A program made the translations under genes and the position numbers. Below the pieces are notes generated by a model that was given only the letters and a program-made list of their open reading frames with translations, had not been told where the DNA came from and did not search any database. Shown here piece after piece: positions 1-10,599 of a stretch of 64,000 bases of DNA. The stretch covers positions 1 to 64,000 of the IMG/VR virus record IMGVR_UViG_3300045971_000149; one strand, 5' to 3'. Origin of the DNA: a virus. Every line of letters starts with the position of its first letter. The stretch's first letter is position 1.

Positions 1-3000
1 GTACTGCTGTAAGTGCGGTGAGCGCAACTACTGCAACTTCTGCTGCGGTTGCCTACTCATTAGCAAGTACCTCAACTACCCAGGTTGGATACGCAAATAC
101 TGCTACTTCTGCTGCTATGGCTTACTCACTAGCAAGTACATCCACTACACAAGTAGGATATGCAACTACTGCTACATATGCATTTACTGCGACAAGTGCA
201 GCCGTTGCGTATTCCTTATTAGGATCTGCTTCCTTGCAAGTGGCATCTGCAACCACTGCAACAAATATCGCAGGTGGCACTGCTGGAGTAATTCATTATC
301 AGATCTCTCCGGGAATTACTGGATTTATTGGTACTGGTACTACTGGTCAAGTATTGGCGATGGGCGCAAATACAGCGACATTTGTATCGACTACAACATT
401 GTTAGTCGGAACTGCTGTAAATGCTGTGAGCGCAACTACCGCAACTTCTGCGGCTACCGCATATGCATTAGCAAGTACTTCAACAACTCAAGTAGGATAC
501 GCAACCACTGCAACAAATGCATTTACTGCGACAAGTGCGGCCGTTGCATATTCCCTAGTTGGGTCGTCTACATTACAAGTGGCATCTGCAACTACTGCAA
601 CTAATATCGCAGGTGGAACTTTTGGAGCAATTGCATATCAAACTGCATCCGGCCTAACTGGATTCATCGGAACTGGTACTACTGGTCAGCTATTGGCGAT
701 GGGTGCAAATACAGCGACATTTGTATCGACTTCGACACTTCAAGTTGGATTTGCAAATACTGCAACATCTGCCGCTGTTGCTTACTCATTAGCTAGTACT
801 TCGACCACTCAAGTTGGATTTGCAAATACTGCAACTTCTGCTGCGGTTGCGTATTCCTTATTAGGATCTGCTTCCTTGCAAGTGGCATCTGCAACCACTG
901 CAACAAATATCGCAGGTGGCACTGCTGGAGTAATTCATTATCAGATCTCTCCAGGAATTACCGGATTCATTGGTACAGGTACTACAGGTACGTTGCTACA
1001 GATGGGTGCAAATACCGCAACATTTGTATCAACATCAACACTTCAAGTAGGCTATGCTAACACAGCCACATCTGCTGCTGTTGCTTACTCATTAGCAAGT
1101 ACATCAACTACACAAGTGGGATTTGCTAACACTGCTACTTCTGCCGCAGTTGCGTATTCCTTATTAGGATCTGCTTCTTTACAAGTGGCATCTGCAACTA
1201 CTGCAACTAATATCGCAGGCGGAAGTGCAGGAGCAATTGCATATCAAACTGCATCTGGACTAACTGGATTTATTGGAACAGGTACTACTGGTCAAGTATT
1301 GACAATGGGTGCAAATACTGCAACATTTGTTTCAACTACCACATTGTTAGTCGGAACTGCTGTAAGTGCTGTGAGTGCAACTACTGCGACAAGTGCGGCT
1401 ACCGCATATGCGTTAGCAAGTACTTCCACTACACAAGTCGGTTATGCAACTACTGCAACAAATGCATTTACTGCGACATCGGCCGCAGTTGCATATTCCC
1501 TAGTTGGGTCGTCTACATTACAAGTCGCTTCGGCAACTACCGCTACAAATATTGCGGGTGGAACAGCCGGAGTAATTCATTATCAGATCTCTCCAGGAAT
1601 TACTGGATTTATTGGTACAGGCACAACTGGTTCGATACTACAGATGGGCGCAAATACAGCGACATTTGTATCAACAACGACTCTTCAAGTTGGATATGCA
1701 GTTAATGCAACTACTGCGACAAGTGCGGCTGTTGCTTACGCATTGGCAAGTACATCAACTACACAAGTAGGATTTGCAAATACTGCGACAAGTGCGGCTG
1801 TTGCTTATTCCTTAGTAGGATCTTCTGCATTACAAGTATCTTCTGCGACAACATCTACAAATATTGCAAACGGTACTGCTGGAGCACTACCTTATCAGAT
1901 CTCCCCAGGAGTTACTGGATTCATTGGAACTGGTACTACTGGTCAAGTGTTAGTGATGGGTGCAACTACTGCTACCTGGCAAAATGCAGCAGGAACAATT
2001 GGAAATGCAACCACTGCAACTAACATTGCAGGTGGAACTTTTGGAGCAATTGCATATCAAACTGCATCCGGCCTAACTGGATTCATCGGAACTGGTACTA
2101 CTGGTCAAGTATTGACAATGGGTGCAAATACAGCGACTTGGCAAAATTCTGCAGGAACAATTGCAAATGCAGTTACCGCAACTAATATTGCTGGCGGCCT
2201 TTCAGGTGCTATCCCAATTCAGACAGCCGCAGGAATAACATCGTTTATTGCTACAGGTACATCGGGTACGTTGTTACAAATGGGAACAAATAGTGCATCG
2301 TTTGTTTCGACTACAACATTGTTAGTCGGAACTGCGGTAAGTGCGGTAAGTGCAACCACCGCAACAAGTGCGGCTACTGCTTATTCGTTAGCAAGTACAT
2401 CAACTACACAAGTAGGATTTGCAAATACTGCAACTTCTGCTGCCGTTGCGTATTCGTTAGCAAGCACATCAACTACACAAGTGGGTTATGCAAATACTGC
2501 GACAAGTGCGGCTGTTGCTTATTCCTTAGCAAGTACATCAACTACACAAGTGGGTTATGCAATAACTGCAACTAATGCATCTGCATTAGTGACAGCGGCG
2601 GTTAATACAAACGCATCATTCTATCCAAGTTTTGTAAGTGCAAATAATGCGGCGCCTGGTACTTCAATGGCGCATTATACTACTAGCTCGTTTGCAGTTA
2701 ATCCGTCAACTGGAGTAGTAACTTTATCTAATAATATTCCTTCATTAACTTCGGGGGCATTAAGATTAACCGGCGCCAATTTAATAGGTCAACACGCAGC
2801 CGGTATTCTTCAAGTTGGCACTAGCTTAAATTATACGATGGCAGATATAATGGCATCGTTTGCAAGGAATACAACTACTTCAATTTCGGTAGCAATGCAG
2901 AATCAAAGTTCGAGTGCGACTGCAAGCACCGACCTTATAATACTAAATGATGATGTATTGTTTAACGGTGGCGCAGGGCGGGGGTTAGACATCGGTATTA

Positions 3001-6000
3001 ATAGTAGCCTATATGTCCCTACACTTGGCACTGATCCGTTCGGAAAGCCGAGCGGCGGCTATGTAGCAGCGTTCGGCGCATCGATGACAGTTGGAACAAT
3101 GGGCACAAATGCAACACAGTTTGGAACAACTGCAACGTTATATCTAGTAACATCGAGCACCATAAGAATGTCATTTGATGGCTCGGGCGGCGTTCTTCTA
3201 GCAGCGCGAACAACTGTAACAAATACAACGTCTGTATCTTCAACAAATACAGGTGCATTGCAAGTTGCAGGTGGAGTTGGTATTGCAGGTGGAATGTTTG
3301 TAGGTGGAACTATTACTGCAACTACATTTGTAGGTACATTTGCAGGATCAATTTCGACTGCAACTAACATTGCAGGTGGAACAGCTGGAGCAATTGCATA
3401 TCAAACTGCGTCTGGACTTACTGGATTTATTGGAACAGGAACTGTTGGTCAAGTATTGGCAATGGGTGCAAATACTGCAACGTTTGTATCAACAACTACA
3501 TTATTAGTTGGAACTGCTGTGAGTGCCGTAAGTGCAACTACTGCGACAAGTGCGGCTACTGCTTACTCATTGGCAAGTACTTCAACAACTCAAGTTGGTT
3601 TTGCAAATACAGCGACAAGTGCGGCCGTTGCCTATTCACTAGCAAGTACTTCAACAACTCAAGTAGGATTTGCAAATACAGCAACCAGTGCGGCTGTTGC
3701 TTACTCATTAGTGGGATCTGCTTCTTTACAAGTGGCGTCAGCAACAACTGCAACAAATATCGCAGGTGGCACTGCTGGGGTGATCCCTTATCAAACTGCA
3801 TTAGGTGTAACCGGATTTATTGGTACAGGTACTACTGGTCAAGTATTGACAATGGGTGCAAACACTGCAACATGGCAAAACTCGTCAGCGGCATTTACCG
3901 GTGGAACAGTAGCAAATACAACTACGTTCTTATCAACAGTTACAATTGCAAGTACTGCACCTACTATCTCAACAAACACAGGTGCATTGCAGGTTGCAGG
4001 TGGAGTTGGTATTGGCGGCGGATTATATGTAGGCGGAATTGTAACAGCAACTCAACTACAACAAACAAGCCAACAAGTCCAGATAGGTGCAGGAGCAAAA
4101 TCCGCTGCGCAGGGCGTGGCAATTGGTAATAGTGTAAATGCAAACTTCGGTTATGCAATTGGAATTGGGTATAATGCAGGATTAAACGGGATTGGCCAAG
4201 GTGCAGTAGCAATTGGTTCTTTTGCAGGTGGCGCAGCGCAAGTCCCTGCAAATGCAGTTATTATTAGCGGTCAAAACGGAAATCTTGCTGCGTATAACGC
4301 TGGATTCTATGTTGCTCCAGTTAGGGCAGATGCAACTTCAAGTGCAACAGCATTTGCAGTTTACTATAATCCAGATAGCAAGGAACTTACTACTTCAACA
4401 GGTGGATCGAGTAATGCTACAAACTTAACTGGTGGCACTGCTGGAGTGATCCCTTATCAATCAGCATCAGGTGTAACTGGTTTCATTGGAACTGGTACTA
4501 CTGGTCAAGTATTGACAATGGGGGCAAATACTGCAACATGGCAAAATTCCTCAGCAGCATTTACTGGTGGAACAGTTGCAAATACAACTACGTTCTTATC
4601 AACTGTTACAATTGCAAGTACTGTTGCTTCGATATCGACTACTACTGGGGCATTACAGGTTGCAGGTGGGGTAGGTGTTGCCGGTGATTCCTGGTTTGGT
4701 GGTAGAATATCTATCCAAACAAATCCGTTCACAGCAAACCCATTGGTAATCACAGATAGTGGAGGTGGAGGAAACATATATATAAGTGGCGGAACTTTAG
4801 CATTATCGGGTGGAGCGACTAATCCCGGGGGAACTTCCCCCGGGATAACAATGGCTAATGTTTCGGCGCTAACATTATCCGGTGGTAACGGTGGCGTTTC
4901 TATATCAGGCGGAAACAACTCTACGTTAATTGTTACTTCTACAAGTGCAACTATTTCGACAGGTACAGGTGCATTAATAGTTAACGGCGGTGTCGGAGTT
5001 GCTGGAAACATGATTGTAGGCGGTACTATAACTGCTGGAGCATTTGCAGGATCAATTTCAACTGCAACTAATATTGCAGGTGGAACAGCCGGTGCACTTC
5101 ATTATCAAATCTCTCCAGGAGTTACTGGATTCATTGGAACTGGTACTACTGGTCAAGTATTATCAATGGGTGCAAATACTGCTTCTTGGATAACATTGTC
5201 GAGCAGTTTCAACGGCGGCACGATTTCTAATCCGTTAGTTATTAACAATGCAACACAAGCAACATCCACTACTACCGGTGCATTACAAATTGTAAACGGC
5301 GGCGCAGGAATTGGTGGAAATGTATATGTTGGTGGAACATTCAACACTCTAAACTCTGCAACATTAAGTCTACCTGCAGGTAATCAAGTTGTTGTAAATG
5401 CAGCGGTTGCTCCTACAAACGATTTACAGGTTATTACTAACGTCGGATTCCCTGTAGTAACAGCCGGTGCTAGTGCATTACAGGTCGACTACTATGGTGG
5501 TGCTGCGGCAATCGAAGCGTCTTCTTTAAGAGTTAATATAACTCCGGGATCGACATCCGGCGGCACATGGAATAGTACAAGAATAGTAGCAGCCGGCGCA
5601 GCAGCAGCCGGCGTTACACTAAACGGTACGAAGTACGATTCTAAAGCAACTGGCGCAGGTGTAAGTAACGGTATATACTTTGGTACTGGTTGGGATAATA
5701 TTCTTAGCTACACAGGTACTACAGTTATTTCAGGAACTGGTCAAGTGTTCTCCGGCGGATTTGCAGTGTCGACTGGTACAGTTGTTAATGATATTGCATC
5801 AATCACAACATTCTACCCGACATTTATTAGCACAAGTACTGGAGCATCGATGACATTAACAGTGTCAACTAGCAACTTGTCGTTTGTTCCGTCAACTGGT
5901 GTGTTGTCTGCATTGATCTTCACATCCTTATCAGATCGAACACAAAAGACAAACATACAACCAGTAACAAATGCAACTTCGGTTGTTGTGCAATTACAGG

Positions 6001-6203
6001 GCGTGTCGTTTGATTACTTGCATAGCGGAAAGAGTTCATATGGTGTTATTGCGCAAGATATTGAAAAGGTTTTACCTGAAGTTGTTCATACTAACGAACA
6101 AGGTATAAAATCTGTAGATTATCAAGCGTTGTCAGCTTTCTTAATCGAATCTATTAAGGAATTAAATAAGCGTATTAGTGAATTAGAGAATAAGCAGAAA
6201 TGA
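1..6203 (+). CDS. Long tail fibre / adhesin with Thr-Ser-Ala repeats and C-terminal peptidase S74 (intramolecular chaperone); 5'-truncated
   Basis: Frame is open from the window start (TAVSAVSATT). Repeats include ATSAAVAYSLASTSTTQVG, ATNIAGG-TAG-YQ-G-TGFIGTGTTG and STxTGALQVAGGVG. The C-terminal SDRTQKTNI...GVIAQDIEKVLPEVV...VDYQALSAFLIESIKEL is typical of S74. Confidence 0.85.
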   Translation, partial: TAVSAVSATTATSAAVAYSLASTSTTQVGYANTATSAAMAYSLASTSTTQVGYATTATYAFTATSAAVAYSLLGSASLQVASATTATNIAGGTAGVIHYQISPGITGFIGTGTTGQVLAMGANTATFVSTTTLLVGTAVNAVSATTATSAATAYALASTSTTQVGYATTATNAFTATSAAVAYSLVGSSTLQVASATTATNIAGGTFGAIAYQTASGLTGFIGTGTTGQLLAMGANTATFVSTSTLQVGFANTATSAAVAYSLASTSTTQVGFANTATSAAVAYSLLGSASLQVASATTATNIAGGTAGVIHYQISPGITGFIGTGTTGTLLQMGANTATFVSTSTLQVGYANTATSAAVAYSLASTSTTQVGFANTATSAAVAYSLLGSASLQVASATTATNIAGGSAGAIAYQTASGLTGFIGTGTTGQVLTMGANTATFVSTTTLLVGTAVSAVSATTATSAATAYALASTSTTQVGYATTATNAFTATSAAVAYSLVGSSTLQVASATTATNIAGGTAGVIHYQISPGITGFIGTGTTGSILQMGANTATFVSTTTLQVGYAVNATTATSAAVAYALASTSTTQVGFANTATSAAVAYSLVGSSALQVSSATTSTNIANGTAGALPYQISPGVTGFIGTGTTGQVLVMGATTATWQNAAGTIGNATTATNIAGGTFGAIAYQTASGLTGFIGTGTTGQVLTMGANTATWQNSAGTIANAVTATNIAGGLSGAIPIQTAAGITSFIATGTSGTLLQMGTNSASFVSTTTLLVGTAVSAVSATTATSAATAYSLASTSTTQVGFANTATSAAVAYSLASTSTTQVGYANTATSAAVAYSLASTSTTQVGYAITATNASALVTAAVNTNASFYPSFVSANNAAPGTSMAHYTTSSFAVNPSTGVVTLSNNIPSLTSGALRLTGANLIGQHAAGILQVGTSLNYTMADIMASFARNTTTSISVAMQNQSSSATASTDLIILNDDVLFNGGAGRGLDIGINSSLYVPTLGTDPFGKPSGGYVAAFGASMTVGTMGTNATQFGTTATLYLVTSSTIRMSFDGSGGVLLAARTTVTNTTSVSSTNTGALQVAGGVGIAGGMFVGGTITATTFVGTFAGSISTATNIAGGTAGAIAYQTASGLTGFIGTGTVGQVLAMGANTATFVSTTTLLVGTAVSAVSATTATSAATAYSLASTSTTQVGFANTATSAAVAYSLASTSTTQVGFANTATSAAVAYSLVGSASLQVASATTATNIAGGTAGVIPYQTALGVTGFIGTGTTGQVLTMGANTATWQNSSAAFTGGTVANTTTFLSTVTIASTAPTISTNTGALQVAGGVGIGGGLYVGGIVTATQLQQTSQQVQIGAGAKSAAQGVAIGNSVNANFGYAIGIGYNAGLNGIGQGAVAIGSFAGGAAQVPANAVIISGQNGNLAAYNAGFYVAPVRADATSSATAFAVYYNPDSKELTTSTGGSSNATNLTGGTAGVIPYQSASGVTGFIGTGTTGQVLTMGANTATWQNSSAAFTGGTVANTTTFLSTVTIASTVASISTTTGALQVAGGVGVAGDSWFGGRISIQTNPFTANPLVITDSGGGGNIYISGGTLALSGGATNPGGTSPGITMANVSALTLSGGNGGVSISGGNNSTLIVTSTSATISTGTGALIVNGGVGVAGNMIVGGTITAGAFAGSISTATNIAGGTAGALHYQISPGVTGFIGTGTTGQVLSMGANTASWITLSSSFNGGTISNPLVINNATQATSTTTGALQIVNGGAGIGGNVYVGGTFNTLNSATLSLPAGNQVVVNAAVAPTNDLQVITNVGFPVVTAGASALQVDYYGGAAAIEASSLRVNITPGSTSGGTWNSTRIVAAGAAAAGVTLNGTKYDSKATGAGVSNGIYFGTGWDNILSYTGTTVISGTGQVFSGGFAVSTGTVVNDIASITTFYPTFISTSTGASMTLTVSTSNLSFVPSTGVLSALIFTSLSDRTQKTNIQPVTNATSVVVQLQGVSFDYLHSGKSSYGVIAQDIEKVLPEVVHTNEQGIKSVDYQALSAFLIESIKELNKRISELENKQK

Positions 6204-7381
6204 CTACAAATTATATTAAACAAGATGTCACCTTCGGGGAATTAGATCTAGACGAAGAGTATATTACCGATGCGTGGCTTGTCGAAAAATACGTAGGAAA
6301 TAATTTAATAACCTGCGGATATAATAACGGAATTGGTGCAATGGGAATAAGTGCACCTTTAACTGACTACTCTTCTCCTATCCAAGTTGGATCATTAACA
6401 AATTGGAAGCAGGTATCAACTGTATCTGCAAATGCATTTGCAATTAAAACAGACGGAACATTATGGGCATGGGGATCAAACGCAACCGGCCGGTTAGGAG
6501 TAGGAACTACTACTCTTACTTACTATTCGAGTCCTGTACAAATTGGCGCGTTAACAAACTGGAAGCAAATTGCAGACGCTGCTGGGTGGTGCATGGCAGT
6601 AAAGACTGACGGAACGCTATGGGGCTGGGGAACGAACGGTGTAGGGAATCTCGGAAACGGTGCAACAGTTGCCTCATACTCGAGTCCAAGTCAAGTTGGT
6701 TCGTTAACTACTTGGAAACAGGTTGCTTGCGGTCGGAATCATAGTGCGGCTGTAAAAACAGATGGAACACTTTGGACATGGGGGCAAGGGAACCTAGGCC
6801 AATTGGGTAATAGCACTACTCTTGTCTATTCGAGTCCAATACAAGTCGGGTCTGCAACTAACTGGAAACAGGTTTCATGTGGCGGACAAGTAACAGTAGC
6901 AATAGCAACAAACGGTACGTTGTGGAATACTGGAAATCAAACTAATGGATCTTTAGGCAACGGAGTAATAACCGGAAATATATCCACAATGGTGCAACTT
7001 GGTTCTGATACGAACTGGAGGCAAGTAAGCACACTAGGTGCATTTACTATGGCAATAAAAACCGATGGTACATTGTGGGGTTGGGGATATAATTTGTTCG
7101 GCTGCTTAGGCGCTGGCGATGCAGTTTCAAAATCTACTCCTGTACAGATAGGCTCGTTAACTAATTGGAAATCAGTGCACTGTGGTTATTATTTTCACGG
7201 TGCAATTAGAACCGACGGAACTGCCTGGGTTGTTGGTTATAACAATAAAGGGCAATTAGGTCAAGGTAACACTACTAATTATTCGAGCCATGTGCAACTA
7301 GGATCGAGCACTAAATGGAAACAGATCTCATGCGGATACTCAAGCCAACTAGCAGCACTTACTTTTACTGACTATAATTAA
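6200..7381 (+). CDS. RCC1/BLIP-II repeat beta-propeller protein (paralogue 1)
   Basis: About 7 repeats of SSPxQVGxLTNWKQVxxG...AIKTDGTLWxWG.N..G.LG; ATGA overlap with the fibre stop. Confidence 0.9.
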   Translation: MTTNYIKQDVTFGELDLDEEYITDAWLVEKYVGNNLITCGYNNGIGAMGISAPLTDYSSPIQVGSLTNWKQVSTVSANAFAIKTDGTLWAWGSNATGRLGVGTTTLTYYSSPVQIGALTNWKQIADAAGWCMAVKTDGTLWGWGTNGVGNLGNGATVASYSSPSQVGSLTTWKQVACGRNHSAAVKTDGTLWTWGQGNLGQLGNSTTLVYSSPIQVGSATNWKQVSCGGQVTVAIATNGTLWNTGNQTNGSLGNGVITGNISTMVQLGSDTNWRQVSTLGAFTMAIKTDGTLWGWGYNLFGCLGAGDAVSKSTPVQIGSLTNWKSVHCGYYFHGAIRTDGTAWVVGYNNKGQLGQGNTTNYSSHVQLGSSTKWKQISCGYSSQLAALTFTDYN

Positions 7382-7393
7382 GAGACAACATAT

Positions 7394-8068
7394 ATGAACT
7401 ACTTTTACCTCCTTGTAGAAAATCAAACAACAGTATTACTGGGACCAACACAGTGGCGTCCTCGATACTTTCAAAGCGAATTAACTGACTTAGAAGTGGA
7501 GTATGCATTACCACTTACTGAACCGGGGTATATTAAAATAAATGATATGCTGGAATTATTTCCACTCGGAACATCAAATGCTGTATCTTTTGATCCTATA
7601 TATCAAGCACCGGTAGGTCCGTATTATACATATGTTAATAACGAAGCACACGAAAACTATACATATAGAGATGTTTCAATTGCAGAATCTCAATCAAAAT
7701 TAGTGCCAATAGTAACCGCAGAACGATATCGCAGAGAACACCTTACAACTACCGCAACTGTTCAATCTACAGTAGTAACACTTGATACCTCTAGAGATAC
7801 TCGTAATGCATTTATACAAAAATTCTTATTAATGGGTGTTGATGAAATAGCGACGTGGAAATTTCCAGAAGGGTGGATCACTCTTACAAAGGCCGATGTA
7901 GAAACATGTATCAAGGAAATTTCCACGTATGTACAAACACAGTTTGATTGGGAAAATTCCGTAATATCAAGCATTAATTCTGCAACTACTCAGGCAGAAT
8001 TAAAGTCAATATTTGCACTAGAATTTCCACCAACCCCTGGTCCTGCAACTCTTGGGGGACTTAGATAA
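7394..8068 (+). CDS. DUF4376-like tail fibre assembly/associated protein
   Basis: ERYRRE...LDTSRDTR...WKFPEGWITLT...YVQTQFDWE pattern; located within the fibre module. Confidence 0.6.
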   Translation: MNYFYLLVENQTTVLLGPTQWRPRYFQSELTDLEVEYALPLTEPGYIKINDMLELFPLGTSNAVSFDPIYQAPVGPYYTYVNNEAHENYTYRDVSIAESQSKLVPIVTAERYRREHLTTTATVQSTVVTLDTSRDTRNAFIQKFLLMGVDEIATWKFPEGWITLTKADVETCIKEISTYVQTQFDWENSVISSINSATTQAELKSIFALEFPPTPGPATLGGLR

Positions 8069-9345
8069 TGGCAGTATCTCCTAAAACCGGGTTTACAGTT
8101 AAAGATCCAGTTAGTGGTAGAACTCAGGATCTAGGTAATAGGTACGTTTCGAAAGATATGCTTTTAGACATGTATCCGAACATTGCATCGGCACTAGGTG
8201 GAAGAGTCACCCCTGGACTTTGGGTGTGGGGTCCGAATTGGCTCGGCCAGTTAGGGCAAAATAATACTACTTTTGGATATTATTCATCGCCTACACAAGT
8301 TGGTGCACTAACTAATTGGAAACAAGTATCTTGTGGGTACCAGCATACCGCAGCGGTAAAGACAGACGGAACATTGTGGGTTTGGGGATCAAATGCAAAT
8401 GGTGCGTTAGGTTTAGGAACAACGACACTTGCAGTATATTCTAGTCCAGTACAAGTCGGTGCATTAACTACTTGGCGGCAAGTATCTTGCGGCTATCGGT
8501 CTACGTTTGCTGTAAAAACTGATGGAACTGCATGGTCGTGGGGAGATGCTCATTTTGGCCAATCAGGAAGAGGAACTACGGTAAATTCGTCGTCCCCGAT
8601 TCAAATTGGAACATTAACAAATTGGCGTCAAATCGAAACGGGCGGGCTAACTACATACGCAGTTAAAACAACCGGCACACTGTGGGCATGGGGAGCTGGC
8701 TCGTCGGGCCAATTAGGAAACGGAACCCTTCTTCTATATTCGTCCCCTATACAAGTCGGATCTGCAACTAACTGGCGGTCTGTTTCGGGAACTTCACCAT
8801 CAATCGGGTCCGGCTTTTACGGAAATATGGCTGCAATTCAGGACAACGGGACATTGTGGGCATGTGGATACAACGGCCGAGGCGAAGTTGGGAATGGAGT
8901 GTTAGGCGGGACTATATCAACTATGGTACAAGTTGGCTCATCGACAGCATGGAGACAGGTTATGTACACATATTATGGAGCAGTTGATGCAAATGCTTTT
9001 GGAATTCAACAGGATGGATCGCTATGGGGCTGGGGATTTGGCCTACTTAGTAATATACCCGGGTATACTACAGATCAACCTGCCCCTGTTCAAATAGGAA
9101 CCGAAACAAATTGGAGACAGGTCGGATCATCAAAATCGGGATTATTCGCAATTAAAACTGACGGAACTCTTTGGTCATGGGGAAGTCAATTTTGGGGCGC
9201 ACTCGGTGATAGTGTGTACGCCGGCGGCGGCACTAACCAGTCCTCTCCTGCACAAATTGGAACATTAAAAACGTGGAAGCAGCTTGCATGGTCCGGCAGC
9301 AATATAGGACAGCATTTTGCCGCAATAAAAGATGGATACGATTAA
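8068..9345 (+). CDS. RCC1 repeat protein (paralogue 2)
   Basis: Same repeat unit as 6200-7381. Confidence 0.9.
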   Translation: MAVSPKTGFTVKDPVSGRTQDLGNRYVSKDMLLDMYPNIASALGGRVTPGLWVWGPNWLGQLGQNNTTFGYYSSPTQVGALTNWKQVSCGYQHTAAVKTDGTLWVWGSNANGALGLGTTTLAVYSSPVQVGALTTWRQVSCGYRSTFAVKTDGTAWSWGDAHFGQSGRGTTVNSSSPIQIGTLTNWRQIETGGLTTYAVKTTGTLWAWGAGSSGQLGNGTLLLYSSPIQVGSATNWRSVSGTSPSIGSGFYGNMAAIQDNGTLWACGYNGRGEVGNGVLGGTISTMVQVGSSTAWRQVMYTYYGAVDANAFGIQQDGSLWGWGFGLLSNIPGYTTDQPAPVQIGTETNWRQVGSSKSGLFAIKTDGTLWSWGSQFWGALGDSVYAGGGTNQSSPAQIGTLKTWKQLAWSGSNIGQHFAAIKDGYD

Positions 9346-9354
9346 AGGTTAACA

Positions 9355-10545
9355 ATGTCAACTTCAGGTTTTAAATTTCCCATTCTAACAGTAAACGGAA
9401 CCGCAACTAGCACAATTGTTGATTTCGACGACATGTTTGTTCGTAAGGAATTATTCCTTGATGCAGGGCTGTTCTCATGGGGAGCATCTCCGCAAGGTGA
9501 AAATGGGTTAGGTGCTACTACTTCTGTTTCGTCTCCTGTACAAATTGGCGCGTTAACTAACTGGAAACAAATGGTATGTGCTGCAAACTGTACTGCGGCA
9601 ATTAAGACCGACGGGACATTGTGGTCGTGGGGGTTAAACACATCGGGCCAGTTAGGACAAAATATTGCCGCAACAACAAAGCAATCAAGCCCTAACCAAG
9701 TCGGTTCGTTAACTACATGGAAACAAGTTGCAGCCGGCAATGGCTCGTTTGGCGGAATAAAAACCGACGGAACATTGTGGATGTGGGGGTTAAACACAAC
9801 AGGGGTGTTAGGAAACAGCACCACAAACGCATCTTACTCGAGTCCTATTCAAGTCGGTGCATTAACTACTTGGGCATCAATGTCTATCAGCGGGTTTAAC
9901 GCAGTCCACGCAATAAAAACTGATGGAACTCTTTGGGCTTGGGGAAGAAACAATGAAGGTGCGTTAGGTAACGGGTCAACAGTAAACACTTCGAGCCCTA
10001 TTCAAATAGGAACATTGACTGGCTGGATTCAAGTTAACGGTGGCAATGCAAGTACTAAAGCAATTCGCTCTGATGGAACACTGTGGGCATGGGGGTTTAA
10101 CGGCGGTGGGGATATGGGAATAGGAAATACTATTAACTACAGCTCGCCTGTTCAAGTAGGATCGTTAAATGATTGGAAATTTATTACTCAAGACGAAAAT
10201 AGTACTGTGTTTGCGATAAAAAATAATGGAACACTTTGGGCATGGGGATTTAATAATACAGTCGGCATGCTGGGCCAGAACACTACAACTCCGGCATACT
10301 ATTCAAGCCCGATTCAAGTTGGTGCATTAACTAATTGGAAGCAGGTTTCAGTTGGATTAGCCCATGTGGTAGCAGTTAAAACTGACGGCACTCTTTGGGC
10401 ATGGGGGCTGAATACATCTGGGCAGTTAGGACAAAGTAATACAACATCTGTTTCTAGTCCAATTCAAGTTGGTTCACTAACCAATTGGCGAGTAGTAAAA
10501 GCTGCCTTTAACGGGACCCGAGCAATCGCAGCACCTGATAATTAA
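9355..10545 (+). CDS. RCC1 repeat protein (paralogue 3)
   Basis: Same repeat unit as 6200-7381. Confidence 0.9.
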   Translation: MSTSGFKFPILTVNGTATSTIVDFDDMFVRKELFLDAGLFSWGASPQGENGLGATTSVSSPVQIGALTNWKQMVCAANCTAAIKTDGTLWSWGLNTSGQLGQNIAATTKQSSPNQVGSLTTWKQVAAGNGSFGGIKTDGTLWMWGLNTTGVLGNSTTNASYSSPIQVGALTTWASMSISGFNAVHAIKTDGTLWAWGRNNEGALGNGSTVNTSSPIQIGTLTGWIQVNGGNASTKAIRSDGTLWAWGFNGGGDMGIGNTINYSSPVQVGSLNDWKFITQDENSTVFAIKNNGTLWAWGFNNTVGMLGQNTTTPAYYSSPIQVGALTNWKQVSVGLAHVVAVKTDGTLWAWGLNTSGQLGQSNTTSVSSPIQVGSLTNWRVVKAAFNGTRAIAAPDN

Positions 10546-10551
10546 AAATAT

Positions 10552-10581
10552 TTGACATCACTCCTTCCGGTGCTATATAAT
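10552..10581 (+). promoter_or_regulatory. sigma70-type promoter for the modification-enzyme operon
   Basis: TTGACA (10552-10557), 18 nt, TATAAT (10576-10581), then AAGGAG RBS and TTG start at 10600. Confidence 0.75.
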
Positions 10582-10599
10582 AGTACAAAGGAGTTTCAA

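Noticed and set aside
3019-5347. Minus-strand and alternate-frame ORFs within the tail fibre (likewise 46335-47505)
   Set aside because: Artefacts of repetitive, codon-biased sequence; no RBS or domain signal.
6200-10545. Diversity-generating retroelement acting on the RCC1 or fibre genes
   Set aside because: No reverse transcriptase, and no template/variable repeat pair with adenine-specific differences was seen.
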